From NCBI GenBank assembly GCA_965230985.1, contig OZ246399.1:46564-110563 (forward strand): a stretch of 64,000 nucleotides of DNA, written 5' to 3'. The stretch comes from an uncultured Candidatus Saccharibacteria bacterium (GTDB lineage Bacteria; Patescibacteriota; Minisyncoccia; Minisyncoccales; Minisyncoccaceae). Made by a program: the position numbers and the translations under genes. Under the pieces are notes generated by a model. It was given only the letters and a program-made list of their open reading frames with translations. It was not told the DNA's origin and made no database searches. Positions 1 to 9,376 of the stretch are shown here, piece by piece (within the stretch, counting starts at the first letter, position 1; each line of letters begins with the position of its first letter).

Positions 1-865
1 AAGAAACTCCAATTATTCCAATCGGCAAATACCTTAAATTATTAGAAAGATTGAAGATAGAAATAGCTCCGACGCCTATTCCTGAAGCAATAAGAGTAAT
101 AAAGATGAAATTGATTTGTGATGATGAAGAAGCAATTGTTCGAGGAATAATTAATCCAAAAAAATCTCTAAGAGCTGGGCTTTTAAAATCAATAATGAAT
201 TTGTATTTGTATCCGCATTTAAGGGCTGAAGGAACTTGGATTAAAAAATGAAGAAAAGAACCGATTATTACTCCTAATCCTACCCCAAAGACTCCAAGAG
301 ATGGAGAAAGAAAAACAATTCCTAAAATAATTCCTAAATTATATACAATCGGAGCCAGGGAATAAGAAACAAACCTATTAAAATAATTCAGAATCGTTGA
401 AAAAATAGAAGAAACTCCGAAAAAGAAAACGCTAGCAAAAATCAATCTCGTTAAAGCAATAGTTTTCTGAATTGAAGCTTCGTCAAAACCAGCAACCATT
501 GAAGATATTATCTGCGGAGTATAAATAATAAAAAGAATAGCTGAAATAATATAAGAAATAAAAAATATATTTAAAATATTATTAATGACATCCCAACTCT
601 TCTCTTTGTCTTTAATAAAATTCTCGGCAAACAAAGGCAAAAGAGAAACTATTACTCCCCCGGCGAACAAAATACTATAAACTAAGTCGGGGATCCTAAA
701 AGCAGCAAAATATATGTCCAAATCAGGTGAAGCTCCAAAAGTCCCTGCTAAAAGTCTGTCCCTAACCAAACCTAAGATTCGGCTCAACAAAACAGCTATT
801 GTTAAAATAACTGCTGCCCCTGTAACCGTATTTTGACTTGAATGCAAAGCTTTTCTGAAAGACAT
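1..865 (-). CDS. murJ: Lipid II flippase MurJ/MviN, N-terminal part; the 3' end runs off the window
   Basis: My own minus-strand translation from the ATG at 865 gives MSFRKALHSSQNTVTGAAVILTIAVLLSRILGLVRDRLLAGTFGASPDLDIYFAAFRIPDLVYSILF..., a typical MurJ N-terminus. It is absent from the ORF track because it is open at position 1. Confidence 0.8.
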   Translation of the reverse strand, partial: MSFRKALHSSQNTVTGAAVILTIAVLLSRILGLVRDRLLAGTFGASPDLDIYFAAFRIPDLVYSILFAGGVIVSLLPLFAENFIKDKEKSWDVINNILNIFFISYIISAILFIIYTPQIISSMVAGFDEASIQKTIALTRLIFASVFFFGVSSIFSTILNYFNRFVSYSLAPIVYNLGIILGIVFLSPSLGVFGVGLGVIIGSFLHFLIQVPSALKCGYKYKFIIDFKSPALRDFFGLIIPRTIASSSSQINFIFITLIASGIGVGAISIFNLSNNLRYLPIGIIGVS

Positions 866-940
866 AATATGAATATATAATAGCTTAAAACAAGAATTCG
901 GTAAACTATTGACCATAAATAAATATTGTTTTAGAATAAG

Positions 941-1266
941 GTGCCTTAACAAATCGGACAGTCGCCTTTAATTAGGAGGAAAGTCCGAACTTCCATTCCC
1001 GATTCGTCGGGTCTAAAAGAGTAGCGGGTAATCCCCGTCATTCGTGAGAAAGAGGTGCGAACAGAGACGCTTCAATCGAAAGAAAGAAGCACCCCTCGGG
1101 GTGAGCTTTAAGAGTAATCTTAAAGGTGAAACGGCTAAATCCTTACTTGGAAGCAAGAACAAATCCCGCAAGGGAAAAAAGTAGTTCGCTCGAGGCAAAG
1201 AGTAATCTTTGTCCCAGATAGATGACTGTTTAAAACAGAATTCGGCTTACGGGTTTGTTAAGGTAT
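941..1266 (+). ncRNA. rnpB: RNase P RNA, bacterial type A-like
   Basis: Carries the conserved P4 strands GGAGGAAAGTCCGAAC (about 975) and ACAGAATTCGGCTTAC (about 1235). The P1 helix pairs CCTTAACAAA (944-953) with TTTGTTAAGG (1254-1263). An intrinsic terminator follows. Confidence 0.85.
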
Positions 1267-1270
1267 TTAA

Positions 1271-1294
1271 AAACCGCTTGATGCGGTTTTTTTG
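1271..1294 (+). terminator. Rho-independent terminator after rnpB
   Basis: Stem AAACCGC / GCGGTTT with loop TTGAT, followed by a T-run. Confidence 0.7.
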
Positions 1295-1504
1295 TTAAAC
1301 TAATAATGATTTTAATTCCTTTACGTCTCCTTCAAGCTTCTCTATTCTTTCTCCGTGGTTAACAACAATTTTATCTAGTTTCTTTTCCATTTTATCTAAA
1401 CGTTTATCTACCCCTTCAAAACGTTTATTAACATTTTTAGTAGATTCTTCAAATTCCTTATGAACCATTATTGCTAAATTATCAATTGTGATGTTTTTTT
1501 TCAT
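1295..1504 (-). CDS. Small coiled-coil protein (69 aa), function unknown
   Basis: ORF with a heptad-like K/E/L-rich sequence. No family recognised. Confidence 0.5.
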   Translation of the reverse strand: MKKNITIDNLAIMVHKEFEESTKNVNKRFEGVDKRLDKMEKKLDKIVVNHGERIEKLEGDVKELKSLLV

Positions 1505-1566
1505 ATTTTTATTATATTCTTCGATTAAAAATTGTCAAATATTTACTAAATTAAACTTTTAATCAA

Positions 1567-1920
1567 TTAAATATCAAAATGTTTTAATAAGTAATCTTTT
1601 ACTATTTTAAAAGTTTCTTGATTTATCTTGCCTATTTTATTAACAAATCTTAAACGATCAAAAGAAACAATATTATAAACTTTTATTATTGAATCAAATT
1701 TGAGACGATTATCTTTATCGGCTTCAATAAAAATATCGTCATCGGTTTTATTATCTAAATTAGAAGTTAATGGTAAAATTGTAACTAAATTGCTTCTCAT
1801 AATTTGTCCATCCGATTCAATCACTAATGCTGGCCTTTTACCCTGATACTCGTGTCCAGAACTAGGATTAAAATCAACTAAAAATAATTCTCCGCATTTA
1901 ATTTCTGGCTCAATTATCAT
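1567..1920 (-). CDS. PemK/MazF-family endoribonuclease toxin
   Basis: GELFLVDFNPSSGHEYQGKRPALVIES...ILPLTSN matches the PemK/MazF signature. The start overlaps the upstream gene by 4 nt (ATGA). Confidence 0.8.
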   Translation of the reverse strand: MIIEPEIKCGELFLVDFNPSSGHEYQGKRPALVIESDGQIMRSNLVTILPLTSNLDNKTDDDIFIEADKDNRLKFDSIIKVYNIVSFDRLRFVNKIGKINQETFKIVKDYLLKHFDI

Positions 1921-2657
1921 AAATTTTCATAATATTCAACTTCTTCTCTTGATATATCCCCTAGGTCATCAAGAATATCCACAGAGGAGGCGTCTCTCAT
2001 TAAGGCCATCTCGTCAGGTTTTTTCATCACCCTAACAACTTTCCCACAAATCAAATAACTATCTTGATCTTTTTTGCTTATATATATAGGAGGAAAATCT
2101 TGACTTGATTCAGATAAAAGAATTATTTGATTATTAGGCTTATCAATATAAAACTTTTTAATATTCACAACTCCATCAATAATAGAAACAACACAATCTC
2201 CGTTTTTAGCGGTGGAACCCTTACTAATAATTACAAAATCTCCATCTTCAATATTTTTATTATTAATCACCGCCCTATTCATAGAATTACCGACAGCTTT
2301 TAAAACAAAAAGTTCTTTAATCTTATTAATTAAATTTTTTTCTAATAAATTACGAGATAATTTTAAATATCCTTCTATTTTTTCATCTGCAAATATTAAA
2401 GCTTGTCCACAATTAGCTGATCCTAATATAGGTAAAGATAATAACCCTGATTTACCAAGCCCTCCTTTCATTTTTTTTGTTTTCTTACCATCAGGAGTCA
2501 CAACTAACAATCCCTTACCAATTAATTGATTAATGTGGTGTTTTATTTTTTGTGGACTATTAGGTTCATGCACAAGTTCGCCTATCTTCCTTAAGGTTAA
2601 ATCTGATAGATTATAACTATCGGCTAATTTTATTAATTTTTCTTGAATAATGTGCAT
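1917..2657 (-). CDS. LexA-like repressor (N-terminal wHTH plus S24 peptidase domain) with an acidic C-terminal extension
   Basis: N-terminal LexA-type DNA-binding region. S24 motifs are GNSM (catalytic Ser) and NIKKF (Lys). About 33 extra acidic residues follow (PDEMALMRDASSVDILDDLGDISREEVEYYENL). Confidence 0.75.
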   Translation of the reverse strand: MHIIQEKLIKLADSYNLSDLTLRKIGELVHEPNSPQKIKHHINQLIGKGLLVVTPDGKKTKKMKGGLGKSGLLSLPILGSANCGQALIFADEKIEGYLKLSRNLLEKNLINKIKELFVLKAVGNSMNRAVINNKNIEDGDFVIISKGSTAKNGDCVVSIIDGVVNIKKFYIDKPNNQIILLSESSQDFPPIYISKKDQDSYLICGKVVRVMKKPDEMALMRDASSVDILDDLGDISREEVEYYENL

Positions 2658-2684
2658 ACTTTAAAATAAGGTTATATTATTGTA

Positions 2685-2713
2685 ATTATATCAATTGCTT
2701 GACGCTTGTCAAG
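2685..2713 (-). promoter_or_regulatory. Sigma-70-type promoter (TTGACA-16-TATAAT) with an overlapping palindrome CTTGAC-N4-GTCAAG
   Basis: -10 at 2685-2690 and -35 at 2707-2712 on the minus strand. The inverted repeat at 2698-2713 overlaps the -35 and is a candidate operator. Confidence 0.5.
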
Positions 2714-2790
2714 TTATTTTAATTATTGACAATATTATTTACACTGCGCCTCATTAAACTCAATAGAATATTCTACTGACTCCTACATAG

Positions 2791-2823
2791 AAAAAGACCC
2801 AATGCAACATTGCACCAGGTCTT
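2791..2823 (-). terminator. Intrinsic terminator downstream of gap
   Basis: Minus strand reads AAGACCTGGTGCAATGTTGCATTGGGTCTTTTT, a hairpin plus T-run. Confidence 0.6.
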
Positions 2824-2837
2824 CTATTAAGACTAAA

Positions 2838-3836
2838 TTACTTTCCAATTTTCTTCGCTAATTCAACTAATCTGCAAGAATAGGCCCACTCATTATCATA
2901 CCAAGCCATAAGCTTAACCATATTTCCATTAACTTTAGTATATTCTGGGTCAAAAATTGAAGAAAAAGAATTGCCTTTAAAATCAGAAGAAACCAAAGGT
3001 TCTTTTTCAACAAAGAAAACTCCTTTCATTTCCCCTTTGTTTGAATATTTATCAAAAGCTGCATTCACTTCTTCGACTGTGGTTTCTTTTTTAATCTCAC
3101 AAACTAAATCAACTAAAGAAACGACTGGTGTTGGAACTCTCACCGCGATCCCGTCCATTTTTCCTTTAACTCCTGGAACTACTTTCCCTATCGCTTTAGC
3201 TGCTCCGGTTGTCGTAGGAACAATATTCTCAGCAGCGGCCCTAGCCCTTCTTAAATCTTTGTGTGGCAGATCTAAAAGATTTTGATCATTAGTGTATGAA
3301 TGGATGGTAGTCATAAAACCCTTGACGATTCCGAATTCAGCTTCAAGTATTTTAACTACTGGCGCCAAACAATTAGTCGTGCAAGAACCCATGTCTATTA
3401 TGCTTTCATTCTTGTATTCATCAGCATTAATTCCTAACAGATAAGAAGGAATGTCATCATCTTTAGCAGGAGCAGAAATTATAACTTTTTTAGCTCCAGC
3501 AGTAATATGCTTAGTTAAACCAATTCTATCTCTAAATACTCCCGTACATTCTAAAACAACATCGATTTTTAAATCTTTCCAAGGAAGCTTTTCTGGATCT
3601 TTTTCGGCTAACATTAATATTTTTTTTCCATTAACAACCATATAATCTCCTTCGAGTTTGACTTCGCCATCAAAAACTCCATATGAAGTATCGTATTTAA
3701 ATAAATGAGCCAATGTCTTGTTGTCTGCTAAATCATTAATAGCGACAATCTCAATATCTAAATTTTCCTTAATTGCTGCTCTTAAAGAACATCTTCCTAT
3801 TCTCCCGAAGCCATTGATTGCAATTTTTGTTGCCAT
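2838..3836 (-). CDS. gap: Glyceraldehyde-3-phosphate dehydrogenase
   Basis: INGFGRIGR Rossmann start, active site SCTTNCLAP, WYDNEW near the C-terminus. Confidence 0.95.
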   Translation of the reverse strand: MATKIAINGFGRIGRCSLRAAIKENLDIEIVAINDLADNKTLAHLFKYDTSYGVFDGEVKLEGDYMVVNGKKILMLAEKDPEKLPWKDLKIDVVLECTGVFRDRIGLTKHITAGAKKVIISAPAKDDDIPSYLLGINADEYKNESIIDMGSCTTNCLAPVVKILEAEFGIVKGFMTTIHSYTNDQNLLDLPHKDLRRARAAAENIVPTTTGAAKAIGKVVPGVKGKMDGIAVRVPTPVVSLVDLVCEIKKETTVEEVNAAFDKYSNKGEMKGVFFVEKEPLVSSDFKGNSFSSIFDPEYTKVNGNMVKLMAWYDNEWAYSCRLVELAKKIGK

Positions 3837-3843
3837 ATATTTT

Positions 3844-4083
3844 TTAATCTTCTATTTTTAATAACTCACAAATCTTTTTTCTATCAAAACCAACTACGAA
3901 TTCACCGTTAATATCTATAACGGGAACTGTTGTTTGTTTTGTTTTATCAATCATTTCTTTTTGAGCCGTTAAATCAGCTGAAACATCTATTGATTCTACT
4001 TCTATTCCCTTTTCTTCTAAAAATCTTTTCAAAGCAAAACAATATGGGCAAGTGGGGGTTGAAAATATTCTTACTTTGGTCAT
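3844..4083 (-). CDS. Glutaredoxin/NrdH-like small redoxin
   Basis: 79 aa with a CPYC active site and a thioredoxin-fold pattern (VPVIDINGEFVVGFD). Confidence 0.8.
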   Translation of the reverse strand: MTKVRIFSTPTCPYCFALKRFLEEKGIEVESIDVSADLTAQKEMIDKTKQTTVPVIDINGEFVVGFDRKKICELLKIED

Positions 4084-5342
4084 TTTTTTAAAGTATTATT
4101 TATCTTTTCTTCTATTCTACATAACCTATTGTATTTTGCCAATCTTTCTCCTCGACATGGTGCTCCTGATTTAATGTAGTCAGAAGAAATGCCAACCGCT
4201 AGATCAGCAATAAAACTATCACAGGTTTCTCCAGAACGATGAGAAACTATTGTTTTAATTTTGCTTTCCTTGCAGACTTTAGCTGCTTCCAAAATTTCTG
4301 TAACTGTTCCCACTTGGTTAATTTTCAATATTGCTCCATTGCACGCCTTCTTTGCTTGAGCTTCTTTAATAATGCTTGAATTGCTAACCAATAAATCGTC
4401 TCCGATAATCATAATTTTATCACCCAATCTATTGGTAAGCTTTTCAAATCCTTTCCAATCTTCTTCAGAGAAAGGATCTTCAAGACCGATAATCGGATAA
4501 CATTTTACTAAGTCAGAATAATAATTAAGCATATCGGCGACAGAAAACACTCCCATTCTTAATCCATAATATCCCTCAGACACCTCTTTTTCTTTTTTGT
4601 AAAACTGACTGGAAGCAATGTCTAATATTATATTTGCCTTGCCTGTATATTCTGAATCATCAATTGCCTTAACCATTAAACCTAAGGCAACTTCAGGAAC
4701 TTCTATTGGAGGAACAAAACCACCTTCATCTCCAACATTAATTGCAAAACCTGGATAACTATTTTTTAAAAATTTCTTTAATTTATAATATATTTCTGAG
4801 CCCATTTGCAATGATTCTCTAAAACTTTCTCCAGTAGTAGTAATCATGAATTCTTGAAAATCAAGACCATTATCAGCATGAGCTCCGCCATTAATAACGT
4901 TAAAAGCTGGATTAGGCATTTTCAAATCTTCATTACCAAATAATTCAGCGATGTATTCATATAATTCAAGATTTTTAGCTTTTGCTCCAGCTCGACAAAC
5001 TGCCATTGAAATTCCGACAATTCCATTACTCCCTAAATTATATTTTCCACTTGTTCCGTCTAATTTAATCATTGTCTCATCAATCTCTTTCTGATTAGTA
5101 CAATCCATTCCTATTAATCTCGGAGCAATTATTTCATTAACATTTTTAATTGCTTTCAAAACTCCCCTTCCTCCATATCTATGATTATGATCCCTCAACT
5201 CATACGCCTCCCTTGCTCCTGTTGAGGCACCCGAAGGAACTGAAGCTGTAAAAACTCCTTCTTCGGTTATACAATCAACTTCAATCGTTGGATTACCTCT
5301 TGAGTCAAGTATTTCCCTAGCTTTAATGTTTTTAATCTTCAT
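4080..5342 (-). CDS. eno: Enolase
   Basis: AREILDSRGNPTIEV start and SHRSGET motif, 420 aa. Confidence 0.95.
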   Translation of the reverse strand: MKIKNIKAREILDSRGNPTIEVDCITEEGVFTASVPSGASTGAREAYELRDHNHRYGGRGVLKAIKNVNEIIAPRLIGMDCTNQKEIDETMIKLDGTSGKYNLGSNGIVGISMAVCRAGAKAKNLELYEYIAELFGNEDLKMPNPAFNVINGGAHADNGLDFQEFMITTTGESFRESLQMGSEIYYKLKKFLKNSYPGFAINVGDEGGFVPPIEVPEVALGLMVKAIDDSEYTGKANIILDIASSQFYKKEKEVSEGYYGLRMGVFSVADMLNYYSDLVKCYPIIGLEDPFSEEDWKGFEKLTNRLGDKIMIIGDDLLVSNSSIIKEAQAKKACNGAILKINQVGTVTEILEAAKVCKESKIKTIVSHRSGETCDSFIADLAVGISSDYIKSGAPCRGERLAKYNRLCRIEEKINNTLKK

Positions 5343-6253
5343 ATATTAATATATTTATATGCGTTAATCACCGCTACTGCTCCTTGCCCGCAAGCAACAA
5401 CAATTTGTTTTACTTTTTGCGAAGTAACATCTCCTACGGCAAATAATCCTGATGTTTTAGTTTCAAAAGTTTCAAAGTTAACAACAATCTCTTTTTTTTC
5501 ATTTAATTCTACTAAGTCTTTTAAAAAAGATGTAGCTGGCTGGTATCCTGCCTGAACAAAAACACCTTGAACATTTAGCACCTTCTCTTCTCCTGTTTTT
5601 CTATCTTTAAAAACAATTTGATTAACAAAGTCTTCTCCTTTTATTTCCTGCAATTCAGAAGATGTAATAACTTTTATCTTCGTAATTAAAGAAGCCTTAT
5701 CCTGATTTTCTTTTCCGCATTTAACAACGTCTCCATATTCTAAAATATATATCTTATTGGCATAATTATTCAAAAATAAAGCAGCCTCAAATCCAGCCTC
5801 TCCCCCTCCAATAATTGCCACGTCTTTATTATTAAACAAAGGGCCATCGCAAGTAGTGCAATAACTCACTCCGCGTCCTAAAAATTCTTCTTCGCCTTTT
5901 ACCTCTAGTCTTCTTGGTTCTGAACCGGTCGCTATGATTACTGTTTTTGATTGGATTGTTTTTCCTTCTTTGGTTAAAACAGAAAAAAAACCATTTTCTT
6001 TTTTTAATTCAGAAACTTCGTCGCTCAAAACTTCAATTCCTTTGTGTTTTAATTGATCTTCAAATTTAGCAATTAATTCAAAACCAGATATTTTTTCAAA
6101 TCCTGGATAATTTTCAATATCAACTGCTTTATGTCCCATTTGTCCGCCAAATTCTTTAGTTATGACTAAAGTTTTTAATTTCTGCCTAGCAGAATATATC
6201 CCTGCGGTCATTCCGGCTGGACCTCCTCCGATAATAATTAAATCGTAATCCAT
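5339..6253 (-). CDS. trxB: Thioredoxin-disulfide reductase
   Basis: GGGPAGMTAGIY FAD motif and the redox-active CTTCDG. Confidence 0.9.
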   Translation of the reverse strand: MDYDLIIIGGGPAGMTAGIYSARQKLKTLVITKEFGGQMGHKAVDIENYPGFEKISGFELIAKFEDQLKHKGIEVLSDEVSELKKENGFFSVLTKEGKTIQSKTVIIATGSEPRRLEVKGEEEFLGRGVSYCTTCDGPLFNNKDVAIIGGGEAGFEAALFLNNYANKIYILEYGDVVKCGKENQDKASLITKIKVITSSELQEIKGEDFVNQIVFKDRKTGEEKVLNVQGVFVQAGYQPATSFLKDLVELNEKKEIVVNFETFETKTSGLFAVGDVTSQKVKQIVVACGQGAVAVINAYKYINI

Positions 6254-7131
6254 TATATTTTTCCCTTTAAAAATTCTTTAGCTTTTTGTCCGAAATCAGG
6301 ATGATCTAATAATAAGGTCAAAAATGATTTAAACCAAGTATTTTTGTCTCCACATTCAAGCCAATCTCCCTTTATCTCGTAACCATAAATAACCTTGCCC
6401 TCTTCGGCCATTTGTCCTAAAACCTGACTAATAGAATAATCATTCATCCTCATTGATTTATCATTTTCAATCCTCTCAAAAACTTCAGGAGTAATAATAT
6501 ATCTTCCCAGAATAACTAAATCAGATGGTGGTTCCCCTTTTGGTTTTTCAACGACCTTTTTTATCTTAAAAACATTATTTGCTATTTTTTCTACTTCCAC
6601 TACTCCATATTGTGACAGTTTATCTCTTGGCATTCTTTTAAGGCCAATTACCGGTCTCTGGCATGTTTCATAAATTTCTTTTAATTGCTGAAAACCAGGA
6701 AGTTCTTTTGAGTAAATTATATCATCACAGAAAAAAACACCTACAGGCTCATTGCCAGCAAAATTCCTGGCCTGATATATGGCATCTACATTTCCAGAAG
6801 CTTTTTTTTGAATAGAAAAAGAAAATTTTATTTGCTTTGAAACCTCATTTAACCCTTTCACCATTTCTAATTCTTCTTTCTTATTTCTTTCTCGTAAAAG
6901 AGCCTCTAATTCAGGATTGGAATTAAAATACGCTGTTACATCTTTTTGGCTTTTTCTTGTTACTAACTGTATCTCTTTTATTCCTGACAAAAGAGCCTCC
7001 TCAACAGAATAATGAATTAATGGCTTATCAACTAAAGGAATTAATTCCTTTGAAACTACCTTAGATAAAGGTAAAAATCTAGTTCCCATTCCTGCAATAG
7101 GAAAAATAGCTTTTTTAACTGTTTTTTTCAT
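6253..7131 (-). CDS. galU: UTP--glucose-1-phosphate uridylyltransferase
   Basis: AIFPIAGMGTRFLPLSKVVSKELIPLVDKPLIHY signature. Confidence 0.9.
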   Translation of the reverse strand: MKKTVKKAIFPIAGMGTRFLPLSKVVSKELIPLVDKPLIHYSVEEALLSGIKEIQLVTRKSQKDVTAYFNSNPELEALLRERNKKEELEMVKGLNEVSKQIKFSFSIQKKASGNVDAIYQARNFAGNEPVGVFFCDDIIYSKELPGFQQLKEIYETCQRPVIGLKRMPRDKLSQYGVVEVEKIANNVFKIKKVVEKPKGEPPSDLVILGRYIITPEVFERIENDKSMRMNDYSISQVLGQMAEEGKVIYGYEIKGDWLECGDKNTWFKSFLTLLLDHPDFGQKAKEFLKGKI

Positions 7132-7137
7132 ATATTA

Positions 7138-8385
7138 TTAATTCTTTTTTGATTTTCTTAAAAAGGCTGGAATTTCAAATATCTTTTCTTCTTCCTCTTC
7201 CTTTTCCTCTTCCTTCTTCTCCGCTTCTTTTATTTCTAAGGCTGATCTTCTTACTTCCACGTCTTTTTCTACTTTTTCTACCTTCGGTTTTGTTTTTTTT
7301 GTTTTCTTAGGGATTTCTTTTTCTTCTTTTTTAATTATCTTTTTTCTTTTTGCTTTCTTTTCTGCTTCGGTTGATGTAGCCAAGATAGTTACTTTGATTT
7401 CATTTCTTAATTTTGGATTTTGCGAAAGACCAAAAATAATTTTGGCGCTAGGAGCCAATTCGCTTATCTTCTCGCTAATTTGAGATAATAATTGAAGAGA
7501 TAAATCTTTAGAAGCTTCAATATTAAACATGACATTATCAGCATTCTCAAAACGATATTCAAGGATAGGGTTCTTTAATAAAATTTTAGTAATATCTTCG
7601 GCTGTTTGATTTGATTTTCCTTTGGTAAAATTAAGATAAGCAATTTTTCTCTTTCCTTCTAGTATTGTTCTAATATCAGCCCAATCAATATTTATCAATC
7701 CAGGAGAATATATTGTTCGCAATAATCCCTCTAAAGATTCAGCTAATTTATCATTTAAAAGATTCAAGGAATCGGCAAAAGAAACCTCTTCTTTGGTCAA
7801 TGAAAATATCTTTTCATTAGGAAGAACCATAAAGGCATTAAGATTGTCTTTTATCTTTTCTAATGCTTTTACTGACATATCCATTTTCTTTTTCCCTTCA
7901 AAAGAAAAAGGTGTTGTGAATATGCCTAAGGTATTCAATCCTAATTCTTCAGCAATTTTAGTCAAAATCGGAGTAGCGCCCGTTCCTGTCCCTCCCCCTA
8001 AAGAAGAAATAAAAATATATAAATCTTTATCATCAGAGAATAAACTTTTTAATTTTTCAATATCTTCCTTAGCTGCCTTCTCCCCCACCTCTACATCTCT
8101 GCCTGTTCCTAATCCCCTCGTTAATTTATTCCCAAAAGAAATTGTTTTCAGCGCTTTAGGCAAAGATTTTAAAGCTTGATTATCGGTATTTAAAGCGATG
8201 AATTCTACTTTCTGAGCAGAAAAATCTTTTAATTTCTTTAAAAGCTCGGCAATAATATTACCTCCTCCACCCCCAACTCCAATAACTTTAATTTTGACCT
8301 TCTTTCCTACAGATTCTACTTCATTTTCTTTATTCAAAACTGCTGGTTTTTGAACTTTTTTAATTTTTGGTTTAATTTTCTTCAT
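7138..8385 (-). CDS. ftsZ: Cell division GTPase FtsZ
   Basis: GGGTGTG tubulin signature, a K/E-rich linker, and the C-terminal peptide IPAFLRK. Confidence 0.95.
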   Translation of the reverse strand: MKKIKPKIKKVQKPAVLNKENEVESVGKKVKIKVIGVGGGGGNIIAELLKKLKDFSAQKVEFIALNTDNQALKSLPKALKTISFGNKLTRGLGTGRDVEVGEKAAKEDIEKLKSLFSDDKDLYIFISSLGGGTGTGATPILTKIAEELGLNTLGIFTTPFSFEGKKKMDMSVKALEKIKDNLNAFMVLPNEKIFSLTKEEVSFADSLNLLNDKLAESLEGLLRTIYSPGLINIDWADIRTILEGKRKIAYLNFTKGKSNQTAEDITKILLKNPILEYRFENADNVMFNIEASKDLSLQLLSQISEKISELAPSAKIIFGLSQNPKLRNEIKVTILATSTEAEKKAKRKKIIKKEEKEIPKKTKKTKPKVEKVEKDVEVRRSALEIKEAEKKEEEKEEEEEKIFEIPAFLRKSKKN

Positions 8386-8402
8386 TTTTATATTATACCT
8401 CC

Positions 8403-8816
8403 TTATTCTTCTATTTTCAATTTGATAGCTATTTCCTTAAATTCTTCCGCAGAAACACTTGCCTTACTAGTAACATTAAAATGGAGATTATCATCTTTTC
8501 TTCTGGGAATAACATGTAAATGAAAATGAAAAACTGACTGCTCAGCGCTAATTCCTGAAGCATGATATAGATTAACTCCATCAGCACCAAAAACATCTTT
8601 CATCTTCTGAGCAATCTTCTTGGAAACCGAAATTATTCTTTCTAAATACTTCTCTTCAATTTCAAAAACATCTTTAACGTGTTTTTTAGGAATAATTAAA
8701 ACATGCCCCTTGCTAGCTGGGTTAATGTCCAAAAAAGCTAAAACCAAATCGTCTTCATATATCTTATAGCTTGGAATTTCGTTATTAATAATTTTACAAA
8801 AAATACAATTTTCCAT
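8403..8816 (-). CDS. HIT-family nucleotide hydrolase
   Basis: Histidine triad HFHLHVIP. Confidence 0.9.
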   Translation of the reverse strand: MENCIFCKIINNEIPSYKIYEDDLVLAFLDINPASKGHVLIIPKKHVKDVFEIEEKYLERIISVSKKIAQKMKDVFGADGVNLYHASGISAEQSVFHFHLHVIPRRKDDNLHFNVTSKASVSAEEFKEIAIKLKIEE

Positions 8817-8866
8817 ATTTTTTAAATTAATTTACTAATTCTCCGCAAAAAACATTTATTTATAAT

Positions 8867-9187
8867 TTAAAAATATTCCCTAGTTCCAAAGAAAGCAAAT
8901 AATCCAAAAAATCCTAAGAAGCCACTAAATCCTGGAATTAGTCCAATTAATCCCAACAATCCCCAAAATCCTACCTTCCATAAGTCAGTTGGTTCTTTGG
9001 TGATTATAAACTCCATTGTTGCGTAAATCAAAACAATTATAGAAATCACTATAAACAATCCCAATAAAACTAAAGAAATCCATTCTTGCTTACCCGAAAT
9101 AAAAGTTAACAAACCGTTAATAATAGCCAATATCACACTGATTAAAAATGATATATAAACTTGCTGAACCCTTTTGCTTATTGTCAT
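8867..9187 (-). CDS. Small integral membrane protein
   Basis: Three or four hydrophobic segments. No family recognised. Confidence 0.5.
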   Translation of the reverse strand: MTISKRVQQVYISFLISVILAIINGLLTFISGKQEWISLVLLGLFIVISIIVLIYATMEFIITKEPTDLWKVGFWGLLGLIGLIPGFSGFLGFFGLFAFFGTREYF

Positions 9188-9208
9188 ATATATTTTTTAA
9201 TTATTATG

Positions 9209-9279
9209 TTCGGAAGTAGGGACTCGAACCCCAATTACCAGGGCCAGAACCTGGTGTCCTACCATTAGACGACCTCCGA
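9209..9279 (-). tRNA. tRNA-Gln (anticodon CTG)
   Basis: Hand-folded cloverleaf: acceptor TCGGAGG/CTTCCGA with a U1:A72 pair, D stem GTCT/GGAC, anticodon arm CCAGG-TTCTGGC-CCTGG, T arm TGGGG-TTCGAGT-CCCTA. No encoded CCA. Confidence 0.8.
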
Positions 9280-9376
9280 ATGTGATTACTTTTTACCATT
9301 AAAAGGACTAGAAATCAATAGAAGAGATTCCTTAATTTTTAAATAATATTCAATAGAACTAAGAGATATTGTATTA

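Noticed and set aside
51-251. The 66-aa plus-strand ORF at the window start.
   Set aside because: It is antisense to the much better supported murJ reading frame, which spans 1-865.
1013-1198. The 61-aa minus-strand ORF.
   Set aside because: It lies entirely within the RNase P RNA gene on the opposite strand.
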